Below, in pieces: positions 12,851-25,930 of a DNA stretch of 64,000 nt. The stretch covers positions 38,068,001 to 38,132,000 of the forward strand of contig NC_082713.1 in the NCBI RefSeq assembly GCF_030144855.1, written 5' to 3'. The position numbers and the translations under genes are program-made. The notes beneath the pieces are model-generated. The model was not told the DNA's origin. It ran no database searches and saw nothing but the letters and a program-made list of their open reading frames with translations. Every line of letters starts with the position of its first letter. Position 1 is the first letter of the stretch. The DNA comes from Hypanus sabinus. Lineage: Eukaryota.

Positions 12851-13689
12851 ATATTTAAAGTGAGAACAAATGAAATAAAAACAGGAAGAGAACAGTCAGC
12901 CCCATTCAATAAAGTCATTGCTCATCCTGTTCCTCTCATTTACTTTCCATGAGTCTCCACAATCACAGGAATGAAAAGATTCCCATGTGTAGAATTTTAT
13001 CCTTATGTTAAACGTTTTTAGTCAATGTTGCGTCCTCATTTGAATTGGGGTGCAGAATGGTTATTTTCCCTGCAGTTTAACTTTCTTATGCTTGTTTGTA
13101 TTGTTATATAATCACCTGCAGTATATACAGTATACACAATGGTCTTGTGGTTACAGTTGACACCATATTTTCCTCGAGACTTCTTGGTTTTAGAGGTGGC
13201 TATTTATTGGTTAACTGCTATCAAATGAATTTTCTGTTATCAGTAGTCTGGTATGAGAAGACCATACTGCCTTTATTCTTTCTCCCTCACCTTGTCTCTT
13301 GTCGTGCTTCTACCTTCTTCTTCTCTGCTCTTATAAAACACAATTAAATGATCATAAGCAACAAGTTTTATGTTTCTCTTTTGACTTACTAAGAACCCTT
13401 GGATCACAAAAGTATCAGGATCCAACACCTCCTGAGTTGTAGATTCAAATAGAACTGTATCCATAAGGACAACGTAATAAGGGCATGCTTCTGAAACAAG
13501 AAATTGAAGAACCACTTAATATTTCTAACTAATCTTACTTTCCAAGTGCATATGTTCAATTTATTTATAAAGCAGATTGAAGATAAAGATTATTTAATAT
13601 ATTTTTAAGTCAAATCAGGAAATCTGTCATGGACAGACCCAAGCCCGGATGCAGAACTGCCACCAAAAGCTCCAAAGATCTCATCCCTG

Positions 13690-13795
13690 GGAGAGAAAGG
13701 ATCTTCGAAGAAGGGCCACACCTGGAGACAACTTGAAAGACTAGAAGACTCTGGCAAGCTGCTGTCAGCAACCTATATCCAGTAGAAGAAGAATC
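13690..13795 (+). mobile_element. RTE-clade LINE extreme 3' remnant
   Basis: GHTWRQLERL / RLWQAAVSNLYP matches the typical RTE ORF end (W..LERLAQDR..W...V..L). Confidence 0.45.
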
Positions 13796-16700
13796 CAATC
13801 AAGAACTCATCTTTCTCACATTCAAAACTGCAATGTTCATCTTGATTTGTTATAGTTTCATGATAGTTTTTGGTTGCCCCAAAAGCACGATGACATTTTC
13901 TTTACTTCTATATTTATCTCTTCACCACTAAACATTTATCCGTTTTTAAGGAATTAATTTAACAACAGATTAGCTCGATTTGTTGTAGTCTGAACTGTGC
14001 ATCTGCTACTCAAAAGACAGATGCCAAGAATTATTTCGGATAAGTCTCTAATTGTTTAAGATCAATACTTGGCATCAGAAATTATGTGATTTATATAGAA
14101 GCTCAGTAGTTTAAGCAGTGAATTTAAGGAAGTTTTTATTTAGATCCTTCTTATTTAGTTCTTATTTAGATCTATGTTGATTAGATGTTGGAGAGAATGC
14201 CTGAAGTGGTACTGCAATATTCCCTAGTGTAATGGACCAGAAAGCAGAATAGCAACCGAGATTACACCTCATCTGCATTACTCAGTGACGCAGAAGAGAT
14301 ATGCAGATAGCAGTTAATGAAAGAATTACCTGTGAAGCCTATCATGGTTGAATAGCACCCTGATCCTGAAATCAAGATTAACGCTGGGATACTGCAGAAT
14401 ACCTAGAGATTATAAAACTGCACTCCACCAAAGAATGGATGTTTAATAGAATAATGGAGGACAGGAAGCAGACAAAGGAAAATTGTTCAATGTATTAAAA
14501 AATTCACTTTGAAATAACTTTTTGAGATGTCCTTCGAGAAGACATTTAACAATTCTGAAATAAATGTCCTCTTAAAGTAAAACAAAACCTTTCATATGAA
14601 TACACTTCTGCTGATTAAGTTATTCCTGACAATCAAAGAACTTCATATTTTGCTAGCAAAGGTATATGCAATAACACCCATCATTTTCATGTTAGGCAAA
14701 TAGAACATCATTTTAATTTTCAGAATGATGAGAAAAAAAAATCTCATTATCTTGCTTAATGTTTAAAAGCTTAAAATCAGCCTGAGGCAATCCTGTATAC
14801 CTCGAAAAATGTACCTGAATTATCTTTAGATGTTTCCAGCTATAAAGTACTGTTCTGTCTTCCCATTAAGGGGCATTTGCATCTCCTGTAATAACTTACT
14901 CACAATCAAAGGCACGGTCTGATCTTTCTCCAAATGCAAAATGCTAACATGTCTAGTGTAAATTCCAAGGGGAGAGCCACCACCCATTGTTAATGAACAA
15001 CATTCATAATAGCAGCAAACTTCAAGATGGTGGCAGGTCTGCCACTTGTACAGAACATAACTAACTAAAAGATTAATAAGGCGGAAAGTGGAGCCTTGAA
15101 ATGGGTTCCAAGGCTGTTATTGTATAGAGGAATGGGATATTTCTGGGAAGGAAAGTGACAACCATCCTTAGTGAATTCAAAATGGGATTCCAGATGTTCG
15201 CAGTCACATACACAAACATTTTAAATGTACTTCTCTTCTTCCTTAGCTGACAAGTAAAATGCACTGGATCATTCCCAAAAATCAGTTTCCAGTGAAATTC
15301 TGCTTGATTGGTATTGACCGAACAAATCATGTTTAATGTGATGAAAAGTATGCTTGGCTTTGAAGAGATTGATAAATTGCCCATCAGATTGGTGGCTGAA
15401 TCCAAACAGCTTGGAAGGTAGAAAATAACTGGAGGGATTATATTTGCTTCTTTTTTTTTGGTAGGAAAGTGGGTTTAAAAATTGAGCCAGCTATGACAAG
15501 GAGGATTGTACAAGGGTGATCACATTCAGATAATCATAGTGATATTCTTGCATTTGATTTTATTTAGAGAAATCAATGCATTACAACTGATATCGTGTGT
15601 AATTGGCAGGAATTGGATCTTTGAAAGAAAGAAAATTTTACAGGAATAGGTTATCTGGGCTGCAGAAAAAACATCTGTTAATCACCAACCAGTTGCCTCA
15701 TGTTGAGTCCATGGATGAGTGGACAGATGCATACCTTCCACAATTTAATAGCTTCTCTGTCTATCTATCAAAGTTGATGCAGGCACATCAGAGATATGAA
15801 GACAGAAAGGCACTTGCCATGCATTTCCCAGCACAACTTTTTTGAGCACAGGAGGCAAGAGGAAGAGAATAATTTGATAAAGAAAAGGCCATAGAAATTC
15901 CTCTGCCTCGAGTAGATTGATCCAAGAGGGAACTGCAGTCACCACTCCCCCAAGTTGTTTCAGCAGATTTCGTCTCAATTAAAGTGGTCAGAAATGCCAG
16001 AAGAAATTATTTGAAAAGAGTTTTCTTTCCATGTTCATCAGTTACAAATGAGTACAAAACAGGAGAAATGAGATTATCTTCTTCAACCAGGCTTCACACG
16101 GAGGCTTCCTTTATCCAGCACCATAGCTGAAACTACCTGTCCACTAGGTAGTCCTCACTCACACCACTGAAAATCATTAGAACAATATCATGAAAATGCT
16201 CTTTTAGTGCAGGGTTATGCACACCTTGGGAAAACTATGCTGAGTTAATATTTTCTTGCAAGTATTTCCCATGGACCAGTGGTTACAATAAAATTAAAAT
16301 AAATCCTTAATTAACTCTTGTAATTTTTGTAACAGAATACTTTCACAGAATACATAATATATTACATCCATTTTCATTAATTTCAGGAACAAGTTTAAAA
16401 AAACCATATTGTAGGTCATGAAAATTATTTTAGAATATACACTGATATGCTCATACCGAATTTTTGTCCGCACTATTTTCACATGGTGTCAAATATTTTA
16501 TTTGCCCTTTCAGTTGTCTTCGCTCATTTACACATGCTGTTCATTAGCCTAAACACCCTCCCTTGCATTCCATCCCAACGCAGTTGAATATACTGTAAAT
16601 ACCCTGTCCTGCCACAGTACACATGCTTAGCCAGTGCATACAGTGTGCAAATGGAAGAGTTAAGGGTCAGGTATTGCTAAAGCTCCTAGCCCTGAATAAA

Positions 16701-16894
16701 CCCAGCACTGAGTAGTTTGGCCAGAGAGCAGTGAAGTGTGGAACCTGCCACCAGAGAACATACGTGAAGCATAAAGCAAAGGTGTTTTCAAAAGAAAATT
16801 ATGTAGGCATATAGGAAAGGAAGAAATAGAAGGGTATATTGATGGGATTTGTCAAAGCAAGGTGAGGCGGGTTATCAAGGAGTCTACAACTCAG

Positions 16895-19310
16895 GTTCTC
16901 AGTATTATTTATTCTATTATTATTATTTGTGTTTGAAAAGTTTGTCTTCTTTGGCACATTGGTTGTTTGTCAGCCTATGTGTGTAGTTTTTTCTCCATTC
17001 TATTGTATTTCATTGTTCTACTGTGCATGCCTACAAGAAAATGAATCTCAGGGCAGTATATAATCAGAGAGGACAGGAAAATTTTTAATTGGGGAAGGGA
17101 AAATTATGAGGCTATAAGGCTAGAACTTGCGGGTGAGAATTGGGATGATGTTTTTGCAGGGAAATGTACTATGGACATGTGGTCGATGTTTAAGGATCTC
17201 TTGCAGGATGTTAGGGATAAATTTGTCCCGGTGAGGAAGATAAAGAATGGTAGGGTGAAGGAATCATGGGTGACAAGTGAAGTGGAAAATCTGGTCAGGT
17301 GGAAGAAGGCAGCATACATAAGGTTTAGGAAGCAAGGATCAGATGGGTCTATTGAGGAATATAGGGTAGCAAGAAAGGAGCTTAAGAAGGGGCTGAGAAG
17401 AGCAAGAAGGGGGCATGAGAAGGCCTTGGCAAGTAGGGTAAAGGAAAACCCCAAGGCATTCTTCAATTATGTGAAGAACAAAAGGATGACAGGAGTGAAG
17501 GTAGGACCGATTAGAGATAAAAGTGGGAAGATGTGCCTGGAGGCTGTGGAAGTGAGCGAGGTCCTCAATGAATACTTTTCTTCGGTATTCACCACTGAGA
17601 GGGAACTTGATGACGGTGAGGACAATATGAGTGGGGTTGATGTTCTGGAGCATGTTAATATTAAGGGAGAGGAGGTGTTGGAGTTGTTGAAATACATTAG
17701 GATGGATAAGTCCCCGGGGCCTGATGGAGTATTCCCCAGGCTGCTCCATGAGGCAAGGGAAGAGATTGCTGAACCTCTGGCTAGGATCTTTATGTCCTCG
17801 TTGTCAACGGGAATGGTACCGGAGGATTGGAGGGAGGGAAATGTTGTCCCCTTGTTCAAAAAAGGTAGTAGGGATAGTGGGATAGTCCAGGTAATTATAG
17901 ACCAGTGAGCCTTACGTCTGTGGTGGGAAAGCTGTTGGAAAAGATTCTTACAGATAGGATCTATGAGCATTTAGAGAATCATGGTCTGATCAGGGACAGT
18001 CAGCATGGTTTTGTGAAGGGCAGATCGTGCCTAACAAGCCTGATATTCTTTAAGGAAGTGACCAGGCATATAGATGAGGGTAGTGCAGTGGATGTGATCT
18101 ACATGGATTTTAGTAAGGCATTTGACAAGTTTCCACATGGTAGGCTTATTCAGAAAGTCAGAAGGCATGGGATCCAGGGAAGTTTGGCCAGGTGGATTCA
18201 GAATTGGCTTGCCTGCAGAAGGCAGAGGGTCATGGTGGAGGGAGTACATTCAGATTGGAGCGTTGTGACTAGTGGTGTCCCACAAGGATCTGTTCTGGGA
18301 CCTCTACTTTTTGTGATTTTTATTAATGACCTGGACGTGGGGGTAGAAGGGTGGGTTGGCAAGTTTGCAGATGACACAAAGATTGGTGGTGTTGTAGATA
18401 GTGTAGAGGATTGTCAAAGAGTGCAGAGAGACATTGATAGGATGCAGAAGAGGGCTGAGAAGTGGCAGATGGAGTTCAACCTGGAGAAGTGTGAGGTGGT
18501 ACACTTTGGAAGGACAAACACCAAGGCAGAGTATAAAGTAAATGGCAGGATGCTTGGTAGTGTGGAGGAGCAGAGGGATCTGGGGGTACATGTCCACAGA
18601 TCCCTGAGAGTTGCCTCACAAGTAGATAGGGTAGTTAAGAAAGCTTATGGGGTGTTAGCTTTCATAAGTCGAGGGATAGCGTTTAAGAGACGCAATGTAA
18701 TGATGCAGCTCTATAAAACTCTAGTTAGGCCACATTTGGAGTACTGTGTCCAGTTCTGGTCGCCTCAGTATAGGAAGGATGTGGAAGCATTGGAAAGGGT
18801 ACAGAGGAGATTTACCAGGATGCTGCCTGGTTTAGAGAGTATGGATTATGTTCAGAGATTAAGGGAGCTAGGGCTTTACTCTTTGGAGAGAAGGAGGATG
18901 AGAGGAGACATGACAGAGGTGTACAAGATATTAAGAGGAATAGACAGAGTGGACAGCCAGCACCTCTTCCCTAGGGCACCGCTGCTCAGTACAAGAGGAC
19001 GTGGCTTTAAGGTAAGGGGAGGGAAGTTCAAGGGGGATATTAGAGGAAGGTTTTTCACTCAGAGAGTGATTGGTGCGTGGAATGCACTGCCTGAGTCAGT
19101 GGTGGAGGCAGATACACTAGTGAAGTTTAAGAGACTACTAGACAGGTATATGGAGGAATTTAAGGTAGGGGGTTATATGGGAGGCAGGGTTTGAGGGTCG
19201 GCACAACATTGTGGGCCAAAGGGCCTGTACTGTGCTGTACTGTTCTGTGTTCTATGTTCTATATGGTGACATATCCATACCTCGATAATAAATTTACTTG
19301 GAACTTTGAA
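16895..19310 (+). mobile_element. LINE 3'-tail element split by the young CR1 insertion
   Basis: ...gaaaatgaatctcagggcagTATAT [CR1] TATATggtgacata...aataaatttacttggaactttgaa reads as one continuous tail once the CR1 is removed. Confidence 0.7.
17062..19259 (+). mobile_element. Young 5'-truncated CR1 LINE with nearly intact ORF2 RT
   Basis: ORFs 17171..17908 and 17905..19194 (MDFSKAFD, GVPQGSVLGP, FADD) are separated only by an 8-bp duplication GGGATAGT (17871-17886). (TGTTCTA)-like tail; candidate TSD TATAT at 17057-17061 and 19260-19264. Confidence 0.96.
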
Positions 19311-20218
19311 GGAAGCCTTATGTAGAACATAAACACTGGCATGAAACTTTTGTCCTTTTTATGTACTGCGCTTTGTAATGATGTTGGTAATTTGCTTTAA
19401 AACATCCTTTTGTATTCTGGCTACATTGTGCATACTGTGTTTTAAACTCTTACACAATCTCCTATATTTCTAGATTCTTACACAATAGATTTCAAAGTTT
19501 TCATCATGCCTCCTCTCTAGGCACGACTACAAACTATGCCACACATTTTATGTATTTTCAGTTCCCACTAACCCCACCAAAAGCCTATTTTTTACTGACA
19601 TTACTTTGTTCTGCAGGATGTACTAACTGCAACCACTTAATGTGGAAATGTTTTTAACACATTTTTTCCTAATACATTCCACGCTAGACAAAGAGACCTG
19701 AAGTTGAATTAAGCAGAAGAGCTGCATCTTTAGCTGCATTTGATTATGAGACTGATATTAGTGCTGAGCCTGCTGAAAATCACTGGGACATTATTAACCT
19801 AATACAGATTGTTCCCATTGATACCTGTCTGATGTTATGACATTCTTCTCATTGTGCAAGTACTATTGAACAGATCAATAAATGCATTGAACTTTACAAC
19901 AGGTTTTTAGCAACCTTTAATCAATTACATTTTTGACACTTTGTCTAATATGTAGACTCAAAATAAACAGTTGGTCTAAAGGCAGGTGAGTATAGATCAC
20001 ACAATATTACTGTTAACTGGTGTGTTGTGTTCATTACTGGTGTGCTTTGTAATGTCTACCCTATGTGATTTTTCAGTTGGTTTCAAAGCAAATACTGCAC
20101 TATAAAATCTGAGGCAGACATTAGCCCACTGCACTGCAGTTAAGTCATATTGTGTTACCTAGTGATAAGCGACAGATTTACGCTGATAATTTACCTCAGA
20201 GTCAGCTGCCACTTTTGT

Positions 20219-20260
20219 GTAACCATGGGAAAATCTGCTTAGCAACAGTTTCATGGCAAC
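20219..20260. promoter_or_regulatory. Cluster of three RFX X-box-like motifs
   Basis: GTAACCATGGGAAA, CTTAGCAAC and GTTTCATGGCAAC within 42 bp. Motif match only. Confidence 0.4.
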
Positions 20261-21619
20261 GGGGAAAGTAAGAAAAAGCAGTGATTGTCAGCTTGGGTCA
20301 TTTATTTGTCTCTAGAGCTAAATTCCAGATGATGAGGTCACCACCTTTTTGCATATCCTGGCCTTTTATACTGTATGATCAGTTGGGAATTGTCCCACTT
20401 CATATCAATACTAAGATATTAAGGTAAATGGAAGAAAAATACAACACATATCAAGAGTCTGGTACGACCAAACTTTAACTCAGTTGAAGTGAACCTGAAC
20501 CTGTATGAGCCACAACTTTGTCAATGGGTGAAAAAATATTGCAAGATGACATAATAGTTGAAAAAAAAGCCAATGAAAAAAGATGTTAAGTTAGGTACTA
20601 AACACAAGATTGCAGAAAAGTTGTAAATCTTTGGAATTTTCTACCATAGGAGCTGTGGAGGCAAAGTTGTTGAAAATATACAAGACTGTGATAGATTTTC
20701 AAAGGATTTGGGGACTTTGAGGAGAATAAACAAAAATGGGCCAAGATCAGATCAGGTATGATCTTAGTGAATGGCAGGAGTGGTGACGTGGTACTTCTTC
20801 AATGACAAATTTGAAGACAAAGAAGATGCTGTTGTTCTAAAGACTTGGGGGAAATGATCAGTTGTAGGAGGAAACATATGAAGAGATTTGACGTGCAGAG
20901 TAGAAAATATGCATGTAGGTCAATGCATTTGCATCTTGGAAGTTTAAAGAGCTGAAACAGCAATAACATTTTTGAAGAAAATGCAACACAAGCAGAATGC
21001 ACAAACTTAATCCTGTGACCTTTACGACTGTGTTGATGCTTGAGGAAAATAATAACCTACTCTTAAACTCTCAAATCAACTTCTAGGAATTATATATCTT
21101 TTTGGGCATGTATGAGATCCAGCTTGAACAGATATTGCAATTTTAGCAAACTAGTCAGAGAAAACTCACAGAGAAAATACTTAAGAGAAATTGAGTTAGA
21201 TGGATTGAAATGAAAATTACTTCATTATGGCAATTGAAAAAGATGATTTATAAAATTATTCAAATTACTGGCCTTTGAATTAATACAATGAATGTTTAAG
21301 TTCTACTGGTACAGCGAGATGTTTACTTTTAAATACGGTGTTCATCCCTCAAGGCTTGTAACAATGGATTACGTCAAGTCAAACAACCTTCCTTGGCAGT
21401 AAAGATCTATGAACCTTTTCTTTATTCAAAGGAGGCATGGGCACTGCAGATACCAGCCTACATGGTAGGAGTTGAGGCGGGGTGGGGGTGGATGTGGAGT
21501 AAGAGTTGCACAAAGGAGGAAGAGGGGAGAGGAGCCCAAAATTAGTGTGCAAATTGCACTGTAATGGTTTCAGATAGAGATTTTGATTGTTGACTACAGA
21601 ATTAATTGCTAGTTATGCA

Positions 21620-22260
21620 CACTGGGATGCTTGGTGCATTGGGGAGGCTGAGTAGACTTGCCACTGGGCTTTGCTCAGAGTTGGAATCATGGAAGAGATG
21701 ACAAGTTCCATCAGCATACTTGAGAACCCAACTTCGATGCAGCATGTCACAGCTCCCTGCGTAGCACAAGCAGCAGCTACCCAGTCTCTACGTAATGCTG
21801 GGCAAGTTCCTCAGACTGCAGGGTAATTACCCACTACTGGTATTCCAACTGTGTCCTTAACACTCGGCCAGTAGACCACATTGATGCCACCCAAGTCAAG
21901 ACCGTGCAATCTGCAATCAGGATGTCACGGCCCAGAGCCGTTTCACATCAATCTCAGGTTGTTCTGAGTCAGCAGCTTTCCATTAGCCACCCAGTTGCTG
22001 TAGCGATATCACTGAACAGGGGTGCCAGCTCAGCCAAAGGCACACAGAAGACTGGCTTTAGGATATGTATAAAGCAGATTGATCTTGACATGATTAGAGT
22101 CTAATTTGGAATATTTACACACTGATCCATTTGATGATCCATGCGACCAAATGAAGCCTGGAATAATCAAGGTGAAGTAAGCTAAGGAGCTGTTAGCGAA
22201 CGGAGAGCTGGGGCCATGCCTGTCATCATGCATTGAAAGAAGCTCCCCCCAGCAGTCTAA
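21620..22260 (+). mobile_element. Possible decayed DNA-transposon coding remnant (Harbinger-like)
   Basis: GC-richer block with low-complexity reading QSAIRMSRPRA...SQQLSISH...KGTQKTG, reminiscent of the tails of shark transposon-derived Myb/SANT proteins. No catalytic motif seen. Confidence 0.3.
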
Positions 22261-22420
22261 GAAGAAAGGAACTACCAATGGAAATGAGAGCAACTGAATT
22301 GTGTAGAAGACTTGAAATCAGCAAGTGTCCTGAAGCACCTGCCAGGCCAGCCCCTCTTTTTTTTTGTACAAAAATAAAGCAATATGTTGAATTAAAAGAA
22401 CATTCAAAGAAATCAAAAAG

Positions 22421-23197
22421 CAGTCTTAATTGGGACAGATCAGGACCAGCGCATTTTGGCCCAATTAAGTTGGTGCCCCAGTTAACCAAGGTTTCATGGA
22501 AATAATTAAAAAGGGATAAAAAAATACTACCAGTAACTGAGTAACAAATTACGTAGTTAAATGAAATACAGAACAAATTAAAACACTGTCAATCCTCCTA
22601 TGGTACTGTAAAACTGTGTATAGGTTCCTAGTAGTTATCAACAGAGGAATTCATTCAGTGTATGCTGCCATGTTCCTTTGACTGACTGTAAATTAACAAA
22701 ATCAGTGCAGACACCTTGTGCAGATAATGGACTGCTTTCACACAATGCTTTAGAGGATTGCAGCTTCCAGATCTTAATTTCCATTCTAACATCCAAGACG
22801 ATTGTTGACGCCTTCTCTTCCTAACTTGGTGAAGGAGTGAAATAGTTTCATTTTCACTCCCAACCGTTTCTGGCATCTCCACACTTCAAAGCTTGACACT
22901 GCAGTGAGTAAAACAGTTCAGAATGGTCTTGCTGACTAACTATTAGTGACTAAATTCACAGCTTTTTGAACACAAGCACATGCAAGTGATGCTATCTAAA
23001 AACTGCTTGCTCTAAGCACAGTGTAGTGTCTAGTGGTCTTGTAAGTGCTCAGCAACAGTCTCCTGTCTCAATTAAGCGGCATAGTGTCCTGAGTAAATGA
23101 AGCTTATTTTCTCAATAAGCTTTTGTTCTTTATGAGTTTCCCCAAATCAACAGCTACCCCAGTTAACTGATGGTCCAACTAACTGGACTCCACTACA
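22421..23197 (-). mobile_element. pogo/Tigger-family deletion-derivative DNA transposon
   Basis: Inverted ends ttaattgggac... / ...gtccaactaactggactccactaca; repeated subterminal ccccagttaac; minus-strand SKTILNCFTHCSVK resembles the DDE_1 C-terminal TI.NCF motif. Left TIR truncated. Confidence 0.75.
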
Positions 23198-23869
23198 TTT
23201 CTAATCCACATGGAGTAGATAACCTTTCAAAAACCACATATACGGTATTAGGATTCTCCCTGCAGCTGAAATGATGTTCAGACATGGGCTTTTAAAAGTG
23301 TTTGGATGGTATCAACAACGCAGTCTTCAAATTAGAACTGTACGTGTCCTACATCTTTACATGTCATAACACTTCAGTCGGCATGTTTATATTCATATTC
23401 TCGAACTGGCCTAATTTCATAACCTTTGTTCATGTTTTTCTCCCTGCAATTGCTCCAGTAACACGTCAACTGGGTAATCTCTCCAATTTATATCCAGGGT
23501 AATCCTAGCCTGGAGATATTCTGTTTGTCATATGCTCATATGGCAATGGGCTACCTCCAACTCAAGTGGTCATTGAATGAAAAGTAGATTCAGCATTTTT
23601 TAAAAATATTTTCTTGTAGCACTGGGGCTAATTCCATCACAACCACTAATGTTCCCCAATAACTAAACATTGTGATGGAAAGATGGGAGTTCAGTAGTTT
23701 AAAACAGCAAGATCAATTCATACAATGCTATCTTCTTCATTCATACTTATGTGAAGGTCTTGCTTTAATCAAATACAGCATGGATATGATGGGTTGACCT
23801 GGCACTCTTTAGGGCTGTAAGCATTTTATGAGGTAGTCACAATTGCAAGACTCACAGCCACTGTCTTAC

Positions 23870-24001
23870 CTTTTTACACATGACCAGTTGATGGTCAAAG
23901 AGGAAAAAAGTCCTCTGCTGATACCGTCCATAAGGCTGGTAGATCCACATCATTTCCCCAGAGTATATCAATTCAGAGCTCCGGTCCAGAACATCGTCAC
24001 C
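23870..24001 (-). CDS. ARHGEF9: ARHGEF9 exon, N-terminal part of PH domain ([44 protein letters not shown])
   Basis: 132 nt, phase 0/0, not in the ORF track; acceptor ctttatattttaag|GGTGAC, donor AAG|gtaaga; follows an 18.8-kb intron. Confidence 0.96.
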
Positions 24002-25429
24002 CTTAAAATATAAAGAACACATCTTTCAAATAAAGACCTGTATTTGTACAAAAAGATGAATATCCCAAAGCATTCTACACAGACAGAAAAAAATTAATTA
24101 GAGAAGCTGTCTACTATGTAAAATAATGAAGTGGCAGGGAAAAGAAGGCTGTGATGGAAAAAAAATTCCTCAAATCAGGAACTAAGACATTGAGAGTTTT
24201 GTCAGCAGCAAAGAAGATCAGGAGGATGACTACAGAGAATTGGTTGAGGCATGAGGCTCAAGGAAATTCAAAGCCAGGATGAGACTTGGAACAACTTGGA
24301 TACAATGGTAAAGTTTTAGAGGTGGTCTTTGGGAAAGAGAGAGCCTTTGGAGTTAGGTCAAGAAAGGAGATGGGAGAGTAAAAATTAACACAGGAAGGAT
24401 GAGAAGGCAGGGCACTTTTGGATGAATTAGAATTCCAATGGCTGAAAAAAAGGCAAACTATAACTATTAAAGTATGTTTTGAGGAAATAAGTTTGGAAAT
24501 AAAGAGCACAGTAATGAAGTTAGGTGAGAGACAAAGGCAAAGAGTTTTCAGTGAAGGGCAGAAAAGGAACAAAGGCAAGCAATTACACAGAGGTGAATGG
24601 AAAATGTCTTGAGAGAAAGAAAATGAGAACTGTTCTCACTATACTAACATTATGAACCACTTGGTTTGTGAAGAGGAAAACACTGAAAGCAAGAGCCCAA
24701 AGTTTTTGTCAGGGTTTAAGATTATTACACATGTTGATTTTAAGAACAGTAGAATGCTTATAGGATTACATTAACACCTGTGTGTAAAAGATAAAATAAA
24801 ATAATCAGTATCCAATCTAATCCAACGCAATCTTATTATATCATTAGTTCATACAAGGACAGATTCTGGACCCATTTTACTTACAATGATGAACAATGTC
24901 AAGGGCCAAAAAGCATGCCCAATAAACATCAGTTTTGAAAGTAGGCTGGGAAATTTTTCAGTCACATACACCCCAAGTGTGTGAATGGAAGGAAATCAAA
25001 CAGAAGCCTGAGGATTTCCTGGGAATTTGGTTTCACAGTTTGGAGGAGAAGCTGACACCACGGAATCAACTGACGCTGGAAATCCCAAACTTACATTTAA
25101 AATATTAGGCATGGCTGGAAGCATATTTGGGAACCTTGTTGAATGTCCTGCAGCGTTACCAGCAATTTGCAAAAGTTGCTGAGAATGTCAAGTAAAATAA
25201 CAATGGAAACTCCATGAAGCAAAATGATGAATACCGGGAAAGAATGGAAACAGCCCTTGGGATTGTAGGAGTTCTTTGCTCATTGAACGTTGTTTAGCAT
25301 GTTCCTCCTGCAACAGTCATCTGCCAATTCATATCTGAGGTTGCATATTCAATACTTCAGGGATCTAAATGCACAGGTACGTAAACGTAGCCAAGAGGTC
25401 ATGATTGCATTGGCTGTTTACATGTCCAA

Positions 25430-25930
25430 ATTCAGTTTAGGTTCAAGTTTAATTGTCATTCAACCATTCACATGTATACGGCAAAATGAGACAGTGTTCC
25501 TCTGGGGTCAAGGTGGAAAACACAGACTATACCGTCACACATAGCACATATACTTTTGATTATATATACAGTCTCAAGTTCAGTATTAGCACAAGTCCCT
25601 GAATGGCACGGACTAAAAACTGATGGTGCACAGGATGTTGTCCTGGAGCCATGTTTCCACAAGAACAGGTATGCAGCAGTTCTTCATCTCGCGCTGTGTC
25701 AGTCACAGACAAAGGCAAATTAGCTTGTCTTGCTGTGTCAGCCACAGAAGAAGGCAATCAGCTTTTCTTCCAGGGACAGAACGCTTGAGAGCAGCAGCAA
25801 CGAGAGAGCCAGCATGGATTCCAGCGTGACCATTGCACTTCTTTTCTCTTCCAATACACTTCCGGTGCTTCCTCCACTGGGTGGCTGGAATGGGTGACAC
25901 TACAGCTCCCTGTAACAGGTGATGCTGCAG
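25430..25930 (-). mobile_element. Non-autonomous LINE-tailed repeat, sister of 8420-9035
   Basis: ggttcaagtttaattgtcattcaacca...cctctggggtcaaggtg at the left end; internal gctgtgtcag(t/c)cacaga...aaggcaa tandem duplication at 25693-25757. Confidence 0.55.

Noticed and set aside
17905-19194. 429-aa reverse transcriptase ORF as a novel RT system or domesticated gene
   Set aside because: Ordinary 5'-truncated CR1 ORF2 with tail and TSD; no promoter or true start.
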